A model generated the notes under the pieces. It was not told the origin of the DNA and searched no databases. It saw only the letters and a list, made by a program, of their open reading frames with translations. Positions 1 through 11,874 of a DNA stretch of 64,000 nt are shown here, piece after piece. The translations under genes and the position numbers were made by a program. The DNA lies in the NCBI GenBank assembly GCA_965204345.1, contig OZ241981.1, positions 830,639 to 894,638 on the forward strand. Direction: 5' to 3'. Within the stretch, counting starts at the first letter, position 1, and the number at the start of each line of letters is the position of its first letter. The stretch comes from Nitrosopumilus sp. GTDB lineage: Archaea; Thermoproteota; Nitrososphaeria; Nitrososphaerales; Nitrosopumilaceae.

Positions 1-1163
<1,163 letters not shown>

Positions 1164-1329
1164 TTATCCACTACTAGACCTTTCAGGAGATATGAACAGC
1201 AACTCAGCTGTAATTATTTATCAGTAATTTCTGATGCACATTTGGTGTTTAATGCCTTAAAAAGATGTGCTAGCATAAACAGCAAGCATGTCAATAATTT
1301 TTTTTGCAATGTCATGTCTTGCAATCTGC

Positions 1330-2013
1330 TCAAAGATCAAATGAGGACTTGAAATTACTGTAAAAGTTCTTCATATTTGATTTTACAATTGAAATATTCT
1401 TGTCAATATCAGATCGGATTTTGGTTGGATTGATATAAGGAATTTTTCGCAATGTTTCTTCTGTATTATCAAGCCAGAGATTTACCATCTCCTCATTGAC
1501 CTCCATATGAAATTGTAGTCCAACTGCACTTTTGTATTGAAAAGCCTGGTTTTCATAATACTCAGATGAGGCCAATTTCACTGCACCGTCTGGCAAATCA
1601 AAAGTATCGCCGTGCCAATGAAATACGGTAAATGGATCTTTAAATCCTTGGAACAGTTTGGAATTGCCAATAATTTTCAAATCGTGATAGAATCCGATTT
1701 CTTGCCTGGTTCCACGATACACATTGGCACCAAAGGTTTTGGCAATTAATTGAGAACCAAGACAGATTCCCAGAACGGGGATGTCTTTTTGAACACAGTT
1801 TTTGATGAGTTTTTGTTGTGCTTGAAGATAGGGTAAATCATCATTTGCACTCTCAGGGGCGCCTAAAATTACAACAAGTGAAAAATCCCGATTCGGAAGT
1901 TTTTCATGCTTTGCGTTTACTGAAGCAACTTGAAACCCATCAGCATCCAAGAGATTGCCCAGATAGCCAGAGCCTTCAATCCTCGTATTTTGTACAAGTA
2001 ATACATCAGACAT
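1330..2013 (-). CDS. Type 1 glutamine amidotransferase (GMP-synthase-like GATase1)
   Basis: LGICLGSQL nucleophile elbow, FHWHGD, QFHMEV (H-x-E) triad. Confidence 0.88.
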   Translation of the reverse strand: MSDVLLVQNTRIEGSGYLGNLLDADGFQVASVNAKHEKLPNRDFSLVVILGAPESANDDLPYLQAQQKLIKNCVQKDIPVLGICLGSQLIAKTFGANVYRGTRQEIGFYHDLKIIGNSKLFQGFKDPFTVFHWHGDTFDLPDGAVKLASSEYYENQAFQYKSAVGLQFHMEVNEEMVNLWLDNTEETLRKIPYINPTKIRSDIDKNISIVKSNMKNFYSNFKSSFDL

Positions 2014-2026
2014 TTTTCTTCTTCTT

Positions 2027-2167
2027 CTAAACGTCTTTTCCCGTGGTTACCCACTCAAGGCATCTGAGGACGCCCTGATAGTATTTCATGGCATCCATGG
2101 ATTCAGCCTTGAGCAGTCTTTCCTCAATCTCTTCTCGGTATTTGGCAACTTCAGACTCGGTTTTCAT
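2027..2167 (-). CDS. Small hypothetical protein (46 aa)
   Basis: Hand-translated MKTESEVAKYREEIEERLLKAESMDAMKYYQGVLRCLEWVTTGKDV; fills the gap between gdhA and GATase in the same orientation. Confidence 0.6.
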   Translation of the reverse strand: MKTESEVAKYREEIEERLLKAESMDAMKYYQGVLRCLEWVTTGKDV

Positions 2168-2233
2168 CAGACATACATGAAAGGTTGTAATGAATTAATC
2201 TATTGATTCGGCCAAGTTGGAAATTATTGTTAT

Positions 2234-3517
2234 TTATGGCCAAATGCCTTTTTGGTTAAAGGCCTCTACTACTCTCTCAACTGCCAAAACCATAGTAGCC
2301 TTTCTCATATCGATTTTGTGCTTTTTAGTTAGGGCATATGCGTCTCTAAATCCTTTAGTGATGTTTGCCTCCATCTTCTTTGCAACCTCATCAAATGTCC
2401 AATAGTACCCCATATTGTTTTGGACCCATTCCAGATAGGAGATACAGACGCCGCCAGAGTTTGCCAGAATATCTGGAATGACCAGAATTTTCTTTTTGAG
2501 AATGATAGGATCTGCCTCAGGCAATGTTGGGCCATTTGCAGCTTCTGCAAGGATTTTACACTGGAGTTTATTTGCAATTTTTGCATTGATTTGATTCTCA
2601 AGTGCTGCTGGAACTAGTACATCACATTTTGTTGTAAGCAATTCCTCAGTTGAGATTTTTTTACTGCCAGGAAATCCGACAACAGAGCCTTTCTTTTGTT
2701 TGTGTGCCAAAATTTCAGAAACCTTGGCGCCTTTTGGAATTGAAATTGAGCCTTTAGAGTCACTAACGCCGATTATTTTTGTACCCATCTTTTCAAGATA
2801 TTCGCCTGCAAATGTTGAGGCATTGCCAAATCCTTGTAAAACCACTTTGGCACCTTTTAGACTAATTTTCAAAGTCTTTGCAGCTTCCCTAACTGTATAT
2901 GCTGCGCCCAATCCGGTTGCCACATTTCGTGCCAGTGAGCCGCCCATCGAGATTGGCTTGCCGGTAATAACACCGGGAGAATGTTTGTTACCATTGAGTT
3001 TGCTAAAAGTATCCATAATCTGAGTCATTTCTCTGCCAGTAGTGTAAACATCAGGGGCCGGAATGTCTTTTTGAGGACCAATAATTTCAGAAATTTTGTA
3101 TGCAAATCCCCTAGTAAGCCTCTCCAGTTCACCGTCGCTTAATTTTTCGGTTTTGGGATTAACATAGATTGCACCCTTGCCACCACCAAGAGGAATATCA
3201 ACAATTGCACACTTCCAGGTCATCCATGAAGAGAGCGCCATGACTTCACGTTCCATGTATTCAACACCGCCCTCGGGATTAAAGTAGCGAATACCGCCTT
3301 TGTATGGGCCCCGGTCATTGTTGTGCTGGCTTCTAAAACCTGTGAAAATTCTAATTTTGCCATTATCCATCTTGACTGGGATTTTGACTCTCAAAACCTT
3401 GTTTGGCATTGCCAAGTATTGGCGCAATTCTTTGTCTTTAATTCCCAAAATATCACATGCATCATTAACCTGTTTTGTTGCATTGGCAAATGGGTCAGAC
3501 TTAACCAAGATAATCAT
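2234..3517 (-). CDS. gdhA: Glutamate dehydrogenase (Glu/Leu/Phe/Val dehydrogenase family)
   Basis: GPYKGGIRY, MTWKCA, GGGKG, DIPAPDV, QGFGNA, EAANGP motifs. Confidence 0.95.
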   Translation of the reverse strand: MIILVKSDPFANATKQVNDACDILGIKDKELRQYLAMPNKVLRVKIPVKMDNGKIRIFTGFRSQHNNDRGPYKGGIRYFNPEGGVEYMEREVMALSSWMTWKCAIVDIPLGGGKGAIYVNPKTEKLSDGELERLTRGFAYKISEIIGPQKDIPAPDVYTTGREMTQIMDTFSKLNGNKHSPGVITGKPISMGGSLARNVATGLGAAYTVREAAKTLKISLKGAKVVLQGFGNASTFAGEYLEKMGTKIIGVSDSKGSISIPKGAKVSEILAHKQKKGSVVGFPGSKKISTEELLTTKCDVLVPAALENQINAKIANKLQCKILAEAANGPTLPEADPIILKKKILVIPDILANSGGVCISYLEWVQNNMGYYWTFDEVAKKMEANITKGFRDAYALTKKHKIDMRKATMVLAVERVVEAFNQKGIWP

Positions 3518-3579
3518 ACTAGAAGGTATCAGATTATATAAGTTTGGTTGGAAATTTTTGATCGCATTTTAAGGAAAAA

Positions 3580-3987
3580 TTACATGTAAACTTTGATATG
3601 ATTCATTTTTTTATCCAATTTGTCAATGGCCTCCTCAAGGGCCCCAATGTTAATTTCAAGGAAATTTGACAGGTGAAATATTGCGCCATATTTTTCACCA
3701 ATTTTGGATACCATGTTGTTTTTTTCAAGGACCTTCATATGATGCTGAGCCGCCTTGTAATCAATACCGAGCTGTTTTGCCAGTTGATGTGTATTGTATG
3801 GCTGTTCCAACAAGTGAATAATTATTCGTAATCGTGTAAATCCGCCCCGTGTACTTGTAAACAGGTACAGCAGTAACTTTCTAGTCTGTCTGTCTATCTT
3901 TCTTGGCTCTGAAACTTGTTTTGATCGAATGATTTCTCTGAATTCGAGTAGCTGATTGACCATATTATCTGAGATAGATAAAACCAA
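3580..3987 (-). CDS. ArsR-like winged-helix transcriptional regulator
   Basis: TRGGFTRLRII...NTHQLAKQLGIDYKAAQHHMKVLEKNNMV wHTH pattern. Confidence 0.8.
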   Translation of the reverse strand: MVLSISDNMVNQLLEFREIIRSKQVSEPRKIDRQTRKLLLYLFTSTRGGFTRLRIIIHLLEQPYNTHQLAKQLGIDYKAAQHHMKVLEKNNMVSKIGEKYGAIFHLSNFLEINIGALEEAIDKLDKKMNHIKVYM

Positions 3988-4074
3988 TTTTGCTTAAAAC
4001 CCTATTTCCATATCTCACCCATATTCAGGCATGACAATTACCCTTAAATTGACTGAGAATGGACTCGTGATATT

Positions 4075-4800
4075 ATGATGGCATCACGTGGTTATGATAT
4101 GACTCCTACCATGTATTCCCCGGATGGCAGAATTTACCAGGTAGAATATGCCATTGAGACAGTAAAAAGAGGAACACTGGCAATAGGCATTGCCACCAAA
4201 CAGGGAGTAATTATGGCAGTTGAAGAAAAGCCCCGTACTTTGCAGACAAGCGACATTACACAAAAGATTTTCCAAGTTGATTATCATATAGGAGTGGCTG
4301 CAGCAGGATATATTCCGGATGCACGAGTTCAGGTAGACGGTGCAAGATTTTTCTCACAGGGAAATAGAATGACTTATGATGAGTCAGTAGAGGTTGCAAC
4401 AGTTGCCAAACATTTGGCAGATCAAGCTCATCAGTTCACACAGTATGGCGGGGTACGCCCAAATGGTGTTTCCATGATCATTGCAGGAATTGATCAGAAA
4501 GGAGAGTCAATCTATGTGACAGATCCCAGCGGAACATATGTACAGTTTGCAGCAGTTGCAATCGGAGCAGGCTCTGATGATGTAAACGGATTTTTAGAAA
4601 AGTATTACAAGGATGATCTGAGTTTGGAGGATGCTGCATCCCTGGCCATAGCAGCAATTAATCTTAAAGCAGAAGCAAAAGACGGAGTCAAGAACATCAA
4701 AATGGCCAAAGTCACATCTGAATCAAAAATCTTTGAAAAGATTTCAGAGGCTGACTTGCAGAATTATTCTCAAAATACTTCAAAATTTGCTACAGAATAA
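4075..4800 (+). CDS. psmA: Proteasome subunit alpha
   Basis: YDMTPTMYSPDGRIYQVEYA alpha-subunit signature; GVRPNGVS. Confidence 0.95.
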   Translation: MMASRGYDMTPTMYSPDGRIYQVEYAIETVKRGTLAIGIATKQGVIMAVEEKPRTLQTSDITQKIFQVDYHIGVAAAGYIPDARVQVDGARFFSQGNRMTYDESVEVATVAKHLADQAHQFTQYGGVRPNGVSMIIAGIDQKGESIYVTDPSGTYVQFAAVAIGAGSDDVNGFLEKYYKDDLSLEDAASLAIAAINLKAEAKDGVKNIKMAKVTSESKIFEKISEADLQNYSQNTSKFATE

Positions 4801-4848
4801 ATCGCTGACTTGAAGACTGTTCAGACAAGCATACAATGAGACGGTAAA

Positions 4849-5538
4849 ATGGGTTTAGGAAGTCATTGGGGAGAAGTAATGGAGGTACTTCGAGAGATTA
4901 TTCCAATTTATGATAAGGTAAACTCCATTATTTCATTAGGCAAAGACAAGGAACACAGAATTCGCGGAATTTCACAGAGAGTGCACCCGGGTAACAAGGT
5001 TCTAGATGCAGGTTCGGGTTTTGGCAACATGTCAAAAACAGCAATGAAGTTAACAGAGGGTAAAATTGCAATAACGCTTTATGATCCGCTTGTGCCAATG
5101 CTAAAAAATACAAGTAAATTTTTTGAAGAGACACCGGACATGGCAAACGGTGTCTTTGAGCACATTCCGTTTCAAGATAACGAGTTTGATGCAGTGCTGT
5201 GTGGTTATTCACTAAGGGATGCAATCAATTTGAGAATTGCCATATCTGAGATTCACAGGGTATTAAAAAAGGAGGGAAGGTTTGTAATAGTTGATTTGGG
5301 AAAGCCAGACAAGGTGTTTTTTAGAGCAGGCGTATCATTTTATCTCAGATGCGTTCTGCCAATTCTAGCGTTTGCTGCAGGAGGCAGACTGGGATTAAAG
5401 TTTGGGGCACTATATGGCACATACAAAAGATGGCCAAAGAATAAAAGACTAGAAGAGCTAATACTAGAAAAATTCTCAAGGGTAGAATTTGAGAAGGATC
5501 TTATGGGCGGTGCGATAATGGTTGCCGCATACAAATGA
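4849..5538 (+). CDS. Class I SAM-dependent methyltransferase (UbiE/MenG-like)
   Basis: YDKVNSIISLG, VLDAGSGFG, IPFQDNEFDAV. Confidence 0.8.
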   Translation: MGLGSHWGEVMEVLREIIPIYDKVNSIISLGKDKEHRIRGISQRVHPGNKVLDAGSGFGNMSKTAMKLTEGKIAITLYDPLVPMLKNTSKFFEETPDMANGVFEHIPFQDNEFDAVLCGYSLRDAINLRIAISEIHRVLKKEGRFVIVDLGKPDKVFFRAGVSFYLRCVLPILAFAAGGRLGLKFGALYGTYKRWPKNKRLEELILEKFSRVEFEKDLMGGAIMVAAYK

Positions 5539-6689
5539 ACCGGGTTCTGATACTAGTCAACATCACAGGTCTAATCATAGGAATCTCATACGGGTTACAC
5601 AATCCAATATTGCCAGTATTTGCAAAAAATGTAATCGGAGCAACATACTCAGAACTTGGAATAATTGGACTGGCAAACTTTATTCCATACATGTTCATTC
5701 CGCTTTTTGTAGGAATTTTACTTGACAGAATTAACAACGGATATTTGCTAGCTGTTGGTGCGGCTATCAATTTTGCATCAATCTATCTTTTGTCAATTGC
5801 ACAGTCAGTGCCGGAGATTATGGGGTTTAGAGTAATTACAGGCGTGGCTCATGCATTTTTCTGGCCTCCGTGCGAAGCAATTATCTCAAATGAGAGTTCT
5901 GAGAAAGACAGAGTAAAAAACATTTCATGGTTTACAATGTTTTTTATAATCGGGTTCATGATAGGCCCGCTGCTTGGCACTGCACTGCTTGAAGGCCTAG
6001 ATACAACGTACAGAACGTTGTTCCAAATTGCCGCATTTATCCTAGCAGCCGCAATAGTCTCTGCACTTTTAGCATCCAGAAAAAATGTAAAAAAACATCA
6101 CGAACGATTCTCATTCTCATCAATAACAGAGATGAGGAAATTTCCAGAGGTCATAATATTGCTAATTTTTTGTACATCAGCCTTTGGAATAATCCTTACA
6201 ATTTATCCGGCGTTTCTTAATGATAACGGAATGTCTGATACGGATATTTTGTTATTATATTTTGTTTTTGGGATTTCACGGGTTGTATCGCTTGCGCTTG
6301 CAGGAAAATTTGCAAAGAAGACAAGTCAGACTTTGATTGGAGGCACCATTGCAGTGGCAGCAGGATTGGCAATATCAGTGGTTTCAGATTCAATCATTAT
6401 GTTTGGAATAGCACTGGTACTGATGGGATTTGGATTTAGCATATTCTTCCCGCTAACTTTGGAGATTATTTTAAGCAAAACACGAAAAAACATCTCAGGA
6501 AAAATGATTGGGGCATACGAGACAGTTTTTGGGATGGGATGGGCCATAGGACCAAGCATTGGGGGTCCAATTACCCAGTCATTTGGAAATGAGGCTCCAT
6601 ACATTGTCTTTTGTATTGTAGGAATAGGTGTTGCAATATTTGCAATAAGTTCCAGAAAGAGATTAGAGCCGCAAAGAACTCAGAGTTGA
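5535..6689 (+). CDS. MFS transporter
   Basis: ~12 hydrophobic segments, GILLDRIN MFS loop motif. Confidence 0.88.
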   Translation: MNRVLILVNITGLIIGISYGLHNPILPVFAKNVIGATYSELGIIGLANFIPYMFIPLFVGILLDRINNGYLLAVGAAINFASIYLLSIAQSVPEIMGFRVITGVAHAFFWPPCEAIISNESSEKDRVKNISWFTMFFIIGFMIGPLLGTALLEGLDTTYRTLFQIAAFILAAAIVSALLASRKNVKKHHERFSFSSITEMRKFPEVIILLIFCTSAFGIILTIYPAFLNDNGMSDTDILLLYFVFGISRVVSLALAGKFAKKTSQTLIGGTIAVAAGLAISVVSDSIIMFGIALVLMGFGFSIFFPLTLEIILSKTRKNISGKMIGAYETVFGMGWAIGPSIGGPITQSFGNEAPYIVFCIVGIGVAIFAISSRKRLEPQRTQS

Positions 6690-6722
6690 CAGGGAGAAAA
6701 GTCAGCGGGATTTGTGTAATTA

Positions 6723-6739
6723 TTTGAATATTATTCAAA
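6723..6739. promoter_or_regulatory. Palindromic putative operator upstream of tatA
   Basis: TTTGAATA-T-TATTCAAA, perfect 8-bp arms, ~55 bp upstream of the start. Confidence 0.4.
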
Positions 6740-6794
6740 AATAGGCGTGAATTTTGAACATTAAGTTTAATTTCAATTTAAAGAATCCCTGATT

Positions 6795-7151
6795 ATGCTA
6801 GATTACTCCCTTAACATTGGAGGCAGTGAATGGATGATTATAATTTTTGTAGCACTTGTTTTGATTTTGGGAACAGGCAAGCTTCCAGGAGCTGCAAAGA
6901 AAATGGGAAAGGCAGTCAGTGAATACAACAAAGCCAAAACTGAAATCCAGCAACAGATGAAAGAAGTTACAGAAGAGACGCCAAAAATTTCAGGTCCGGT
7001 GAAAACGGAACGAGAGAAACTAGAAATGATTGCAAGGACAGCAGGCATAAAGATTGAAGAGCAGACAGATGAGGAATTAAGAAAAAACATAGCATCTGCA
7101 ATTGGTCAAAAAAGAGCAGAGGGATCTGACAAAGATGATCAAGTCAAGTAG
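6795..7151 (+). CDS. tatA: Twin-arginine translocase TatA/TatE family subunit
   Basis: GGSEWMIIIFVALVLILGTGKLPGAAKKMGKAVSEYNKA: TM helix plus amphipathic helix. Confidence 0.85.
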   Translation: MLDYSLNIGGSEWMIIIFVALVLILGTGKLPGAAKKMGKAVSEYNKAKTEIQQQMKEVTEETPKISGPVKTEREKLEMIARTAGIKIEEQTDEELRKNIASAIGQKRAEGSDKDDQVK

Positions 7152-7213
7152 GTCCCAATAAAATTGAAATAACATGACAAATAGCGATCTAATGCCATAC
7201 AGATAATCTTTAA

Positions 7214-8134
7214 TTGATAAAGTTATTTGAATTGTCAGTGGGATTGAGGCTAAATCAGATCAAGTTAGGGGATAATATCGACGTACTATCACAGCTTGGA
7301 GACGAACTAGTAGATTTGACAATAACTTCACCCCCATATAGAAATGCCATTGATTACGGCATGCATGCAAAGCATGGCAACAATCCAAAGAAAAATTATC
7401 GCGGGAAATTGACACTTACTGTTGAGGAATACATTGAGGATATGACAAAAGTTTTTTCTGAAGTGTACAGGGTTACAAAGGAGGGAGGATACTGTTGTAT
7501 AGTAATTGGAAATGAGATCAACAAGGGAACCCTAGAACCGCTGCCTGCCATGCTAACTACGCAACTGGTAAGAGAAGGATGGGAACTTCATGAAGAGATT
7601 GTTTGGCACAAAGTAACAGGAGGAGCAAACAGGGCAGGGAGTTTTGTTCAACACCCATATCCATCATATTTTAGAGCAAACATAATGCATGAAAAAATCC
7701 TCGTAATGAGAAAAGGAAAAAACAGGCTCAGAAGGATGAACTATGCCTTTAAAAATCTAAATCCGGTTGTCTTTAAAGAAATTGCAAACTCAATTTGGCA
7801 CATTGCCCCCGTTCCCCCCGGATTTTTAGATCACCCATGTCCATACCCAGAGGAGATACCATACAGGCTTGCAAATTTGTATTCATATGAAGGTGATTTG
7901 ATTTTGGATCCTTTTAATGGGGCTGGACAAACAACAAAAATTGCAAAGTATCTAAAGAGGAAATTTTTAGGAATAGATATTCAAAAGACGTATGTAAGTT
8001 ATGCAAAAAAACGATTAAAAGAAAAACCACACCTAAGGCACGAGTCGCTAATGCTGCAATTAGATGAAAACAGTACGATACCTACCTGGGTAAAAAAGAA
8101 CACTTGGGAAACCACAGAGAAACAGCTAAGATAA
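7214..8134 (+). CDS. Site-specific DNA methyltransferase (N4-C/N6-A, beta class), apparently orphan
   Basis: Motif IV TSPPY precedes motif I DPFNGAGQT; HPCPYPEEIP. Confidence 0.88.
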   Translation: MIKLFELSVGLRLNQIKLGDNIDVLSQLGDELVDLTITSPPYRNAIDYGMHAKHGNNPKKNYRGKLTLTVEEYIEDMTKVFSEVYRVTKEGGYCCIVIGNEINKGTLEPLPAMLTTQLVREGWELHEEIVWHKVTGGANRAGSFVQHPYPSYFRANIMHEKILVMRKGKNRLRRMNYAFKNLNPVVFKEIANSIWHIAPVPPGFLDHPCPYPEEIPYRLANLYSYEGDLILDPFNGAGQTTKIAKYLKRKFLGIDIQKTYVSYAKKRLKEKPHLRHESLMLQLDENSTIPTWVKKNTWETTEKQLR

Positions 8135-8422
8135 CTGCAAGTGGATGACAAAAAAACAGCATCACAATTTATGAGAATTACCCAAAAAGAAAAAGCAATA
8201 AAAATTTTGGTCCAGTATTTCCCAGAAAAGATTTGATGCAAAAGGAATCAACACGATGGCTTCACAGACATTCTAGTCAGAAAAATCAAGACAGAAACCC
8301 TATGAAAGTCCATGACCTTCAAGGTATCAAATGCGTTTAGACAAAATTCCAGCAAGAAATAATGTAAAATTATAACAATTAATATCAAACAATAAATCAC
8401 TCAAATTATTTCACTTTAACAA

Positions 8423-10933
8423 ATGAAATTTTCATGTCCCAAATGCAAATCCAAAATAGAAATTCAAAAAACATTTAACAAAAAAATGCATGTCTCCTGT
8501 GAGAAATGCGGTATTGAAGATCTGCTGGAATTTTCAAAGAACGTAGATGAAGTATTTCTTGAATTTTTATCAAGATTTGACAAAGGCCTAGTTACAAAGG
8601 GTGGATTGTCTGAGGGGTTAAAAGACGAGGGGATTGTGCGGGGAGAAAAGGAAATCAAAGAGATGATCGGGGATAGCAATCCAGATAAAATTACAGAGAA
8701 GATTCTATATTCAAAAAAGGACTATATCTCAGAATACAAGGTTTTGAGCAATCCTGAGCCTAAAATGGGCTGCAAGATAGAGGATTTGGGATTGGATGAG
8801 GCAGTAACAGAGCATCTCAAAGAATTGCAGATAAAACAATTTTATAAATTTCAAGAAGAGGCAATGGAGGAGATTACATTTGGGGAAAATGTGGTAATTG
8901 AGGCGCCAACTGCATCTGGAAAGACTGAAGCATTTTTGGTTCCGATAGTTCAGAGAATAAAAAAAGATGCAGACAAAGGGAGTGTTTTTGCAATTTTTGT
9001 ATATCCAACCAAGGCATTATCACGTGATCAATATCCAAAAATTCAAAAATTTACAGAAAAGATGGGAATCAGCGTTGATGTCTTTGATGGAGACACAAAA
9101 TTAGAAGAGAGAAGGGAAATTATTGACAAGCCCCCACATATTTTAATTACAAATTTTGACGTGCTACATTATCACATGTGGCATCAGACAAGATTTTCAT
9201 CAATGCTGAGATCAGCTAGAATTCTTGTAGCAGATGAGACTCATGTGTATTCAGGGATTTTTGGAACAAACGTTCATTACATAATAAAAAGACTCAAAAG
9301 AATTTGTACCAACAAACTACAATTTGTGGCAGTCTCTGCAACACTTGATGACGCAAAGGAATTCTGCCAGCAGCTGTTTGGAGAGAAAATGTTTAAGATC
9401 CATGGATCAGGTAAAAAAGGTCAGACAGATTTTGCAATGTTGTTTCCATCACTTAGAACACAAAGAGCCCTAATGGTAGAATTGACAAAAAAGCTAACCC
9501 AAAAAAATCACAAGACAATGGTATTTAGCAACTCGCACCTAAATTCCGAACTACTAGCAATCCAGGCAAAAAGACAAAAGGTAGACATCAAGGTCCACAG
9601 GGCTGGACTGATGGCAAATTATAGGACATCAGTTGAGAGGCAATTCAAAAATGACAGTTTGCAAGCAATTTCTTGCACACCTACGCTTGAATTGGGCATA
9701 GATGTGGGCAATGTTGACTGTGTAATATCATCTACCATTCCGGTAAATAGGCTGACTCAGAGAATTGGAAGGGCTGCAAGAAAAGGACAAAGGGGTTATG
9801 CGTTTTTAGTATTAGGAAATGATCCGATATCACAATATTACAAAAATCATCCTGATGATTATTTTGAGGATATTGAAAAGACATACATCGATCCCAAAAA
9901 TCCATTTGTGGAGAATTTTCAGATATTGGCCATGGCATGTGACAAGCCAATATCAAGACATGAATTAAAAGAACACCAAGAAATAATCAAACATCACATC
10001 ATAAATGAAAATCTAAAAGTATCAAGCAACAGGATAATTCCAAATTTTGACAAAATCAATTCCATGTTAAATGACTATAGCATTAGGGGAATAGGAAGAT
10101 CAGTAGATATCTTCTTGGATGGAAAAAAAGTCGGAGACAGGGTATTGCCCATTGCATTAGAGGAACTACACAAAGATGCGATATATTTTCTGGCAGGCAA
10201 TCGTTACAAGGTAAAGGAATTTGATTATCCAAAGAATAGTTATGCAAGATTGGAAAGAATTCCAAAGGATTATCCATACTATACAAAATCTTTGACAGAA
10301 GAGTGGCCAACAATTGAGACTGTTCTTGAGAAGAGAAAAGCAAACGGAATGGAAATTGCGTTTTGTAAACTGCATATTGAAAAAAAAGTGTACGGTTATG
10401 CAAATATGGAGTTGGGGCAAGAAATTTCACAAGGAGAAAAAATTCAGCTGGATACCCCATTAAAATATGATTTTGTCACAAAGGGCATCGTATTTCATTC
10501 GCCAAGACCGCTCAAAATAATGGAAGAATCCGAAGATCAAGAATACACAGAGGCAAGCGGATATCATGCTACAGAACATGTCGTAATTGAGGGCAGCAAC
10601 ATGATTACAGGAGGAGTATCTCAAGATCTTGGAGGCATATCATTGGGTACATCGGGTCTGATTTTCATTTATGATGGTGCAATTGGAGGGAGTGGTGCCA
10701 GCAAGGCACTTTATGACAGATTTGAAAAGGCACTGGAACGAAGCATGTTTATTGTAAAAGAATGCCCCTGCAAAAATGAATCAGGATGTCCCAGATGTAC
10801 ATTCTCATACAGATGTGGGAACAATAATGAATACCTGCACAAGCATTCAGCATTGGAGATCTTGGAGAGAATTAACGCAGGTGAAAAAACACAACTAATA
10901 GATCCCATAGAAGGGGACAGGCCTCTGGTATGA
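8423..10933 (+). CDS. DEAD/DEAH-box SF2 helicase with N-terminal Zn ribbon and C-terminal DUF1998 (Hrq/SftH-like)
   Basis: APTASGKT, DETH, SAT, TLELGIDVG, QRIGRAAR, C-terminal CPCKNESGCPRC. Confidence 0.9.
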   Translation: MKFSCPKCKSKIEIQKTFNKKMHVSCEKCGIEDLLEFSKNVDEVFLEFLSRFDKGLVTKGGLSEGLKDEGIVRGEKEIKEMIGDSNPDKITEKILYSKKDYISEYKVLSNPEPKMGCKIEDLGLDEAVTEHLKELQIKQFYKFQEEAMEEITFGENVVIEAPTASGKTEAFLVPIVQRIKKDADKGSVFAIFVYPTKALSRDQYPKIQKFTEKMGISVDVFDGDTKLEERREIIDKPPHILITNFDVLHYHMWHQTRFSSMLRSARILVADETHVYSGIFGTNVHYIIKRLKRICTNKLQFVAVSATLDDAKEFCQQLFGEKMFKIHGSGKKGQTDFAMLFPSLRTQRALMVELTKKLTQKNHKTMVFSNSHLNSELLAIQAKRQKVDIKVHRAGLMANYRTSVERQFKNDSLQAISCTPTLELGIDVGNVDCVISSTIPVNRLTQRIGRAARKGQRGYAFLVLGNDPISQYYKNHPDDYFEDIEKTYIDPKNPFVENFQILAMACDKPISRHELKEHQEIIKHHIINENLKVSSNRIIPNFDKINSMLNDYSIRGIGRSVDIFLDGKKVGDRVLPIALEELHKDAIYFLAGNRYKVKEFDYPKNSYARLERIPKDYPYYTKSLTEEWPTIETVLEKRKANGMEIAFCKLHIEKKVYGYANMELGQEISQGEKIQLDTPLKYDFVTKGIVFHSPRPLKIMEESEDQEYTEASGYHATEHVVIEGSNMITGGVSQDLGGISLGTSGLIFIYDGAIGGSGASKALYDRFEKALERSMFIVKECPCKNESGCPRCTFSYRCGNNNEYLHKHSALEILERINAGEKTQLIDPIEGDRPLV

Positions 10934-10975
10934 CAAATCAAAATGGGATAAATATAACAAAAATCAAACAAAAAC

Positions 10976-11806
10976 ATGCAAAGCGTAGCTCTTGTAACAG
11001 GCAGTTCCTCAGGAATTGGACTGGAAACAGCATTGTCATTGGCAAGGGATGGATATCAAACTTTTGCAAGTATGCGAGATCTCAGCAAGTCAGAAGAATT
11101 AGAGAATGCGGCAAAAAAAGAGGGACTTGAAATCAGAATAGTAGAGCTAGATGTAGACAAGGAAGAATCAATCGTTTCAGCCATTGGGAAAATAAATTCA
11201 GAGGTAGGAAGAATTGATGTTTTGGTAAATAATGCAGGATATGGGCAGTTTGGATGTACTGAAGACGTTTCAGTGGATGAATTTAGAAAACAGTTTGAGA
11301 CAAATTTTTTTAGCATTGTAAAAATTATTCAAGAAATAGCTCCAATTATGAGAAAACAAAAATCCGGAATAATAGTAAACGTTAGTTCCGTTGTAGGCAG
11401 AATGGGATTGCCTGGATCTTCGGCCTATATTAGTACAAAATTTGCACTAGAAGGACTAAGTGAATGCTTGAGATATGAGCTGGGTCAGTTTGGAATTAAA
11501 ACAACATTGATTGAGCCGGGAGTTATCAAGACAAATTTTTTCAATTCAATGAAAATTCCCGAATCAAAAACAGATCCAAAATACAAAGAATTGACAGATA
11601 ACATCCTAGCAGGTCTTAAGATGATGGTAGAGATGGGAACCGCACCCTCGCAGGTTGCAGATGTAATCTTAAAGGCAATTCACGATAAAGAGATCTTGCC
11701 AAGATATGTTGTTGGAACGGATGCAACAATGTTCATGGAGGCAAAAAAGATGAAAACAGACCTAGAATTTGAGAAATACATGAGTAAAGAGCTGTTTCAG
11801 AGCTGA
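10976..11806 (+). CDS. Short-chain dehydrogenase/reductase
   Basis: TGSSSGIG, NNAG, YISTK (YxxxK). Confidence 0.92.
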   Translation: MQSVALVTGSSSGIGLETALSLARDGYQTFASMRDLSKSEELENAAKKEGLEIRIVELDVDKEESIVSAIGKINSEVGRIDVLVNNAGYGQFGCTEDVSVDEFRKQFETNFFSIVKIIQEIAPIMRKQKSGIIVNVSSVVGRMGLPGSSAYISTKFALEGLSECLRYELGQFGIKTTLIEPGVIKTNFFNSMKIPESKTDPKYKELTDNILAGLKMMVEMGTAPSQVADVILKAIHDKEILPRYVVGTDATMFMEAKKMKTDLEFEKYMSKELFQS

Positions 11807-11874
11807 CATTGTACTTTTACGTTAAATTGATATACAGATAGAATAAAGTTTTCATCAAAGTCCGCAATTTTAGA

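Noticed and set aside
8140-8310. In-frame TGA read-through (also at ~20350) suggesting selenocysteine or recoding
   Set aside because: Both sit in decayed regions with other lesions; no SECIS or Sec machinery seen; ordinary nonsense mutation is simpler.
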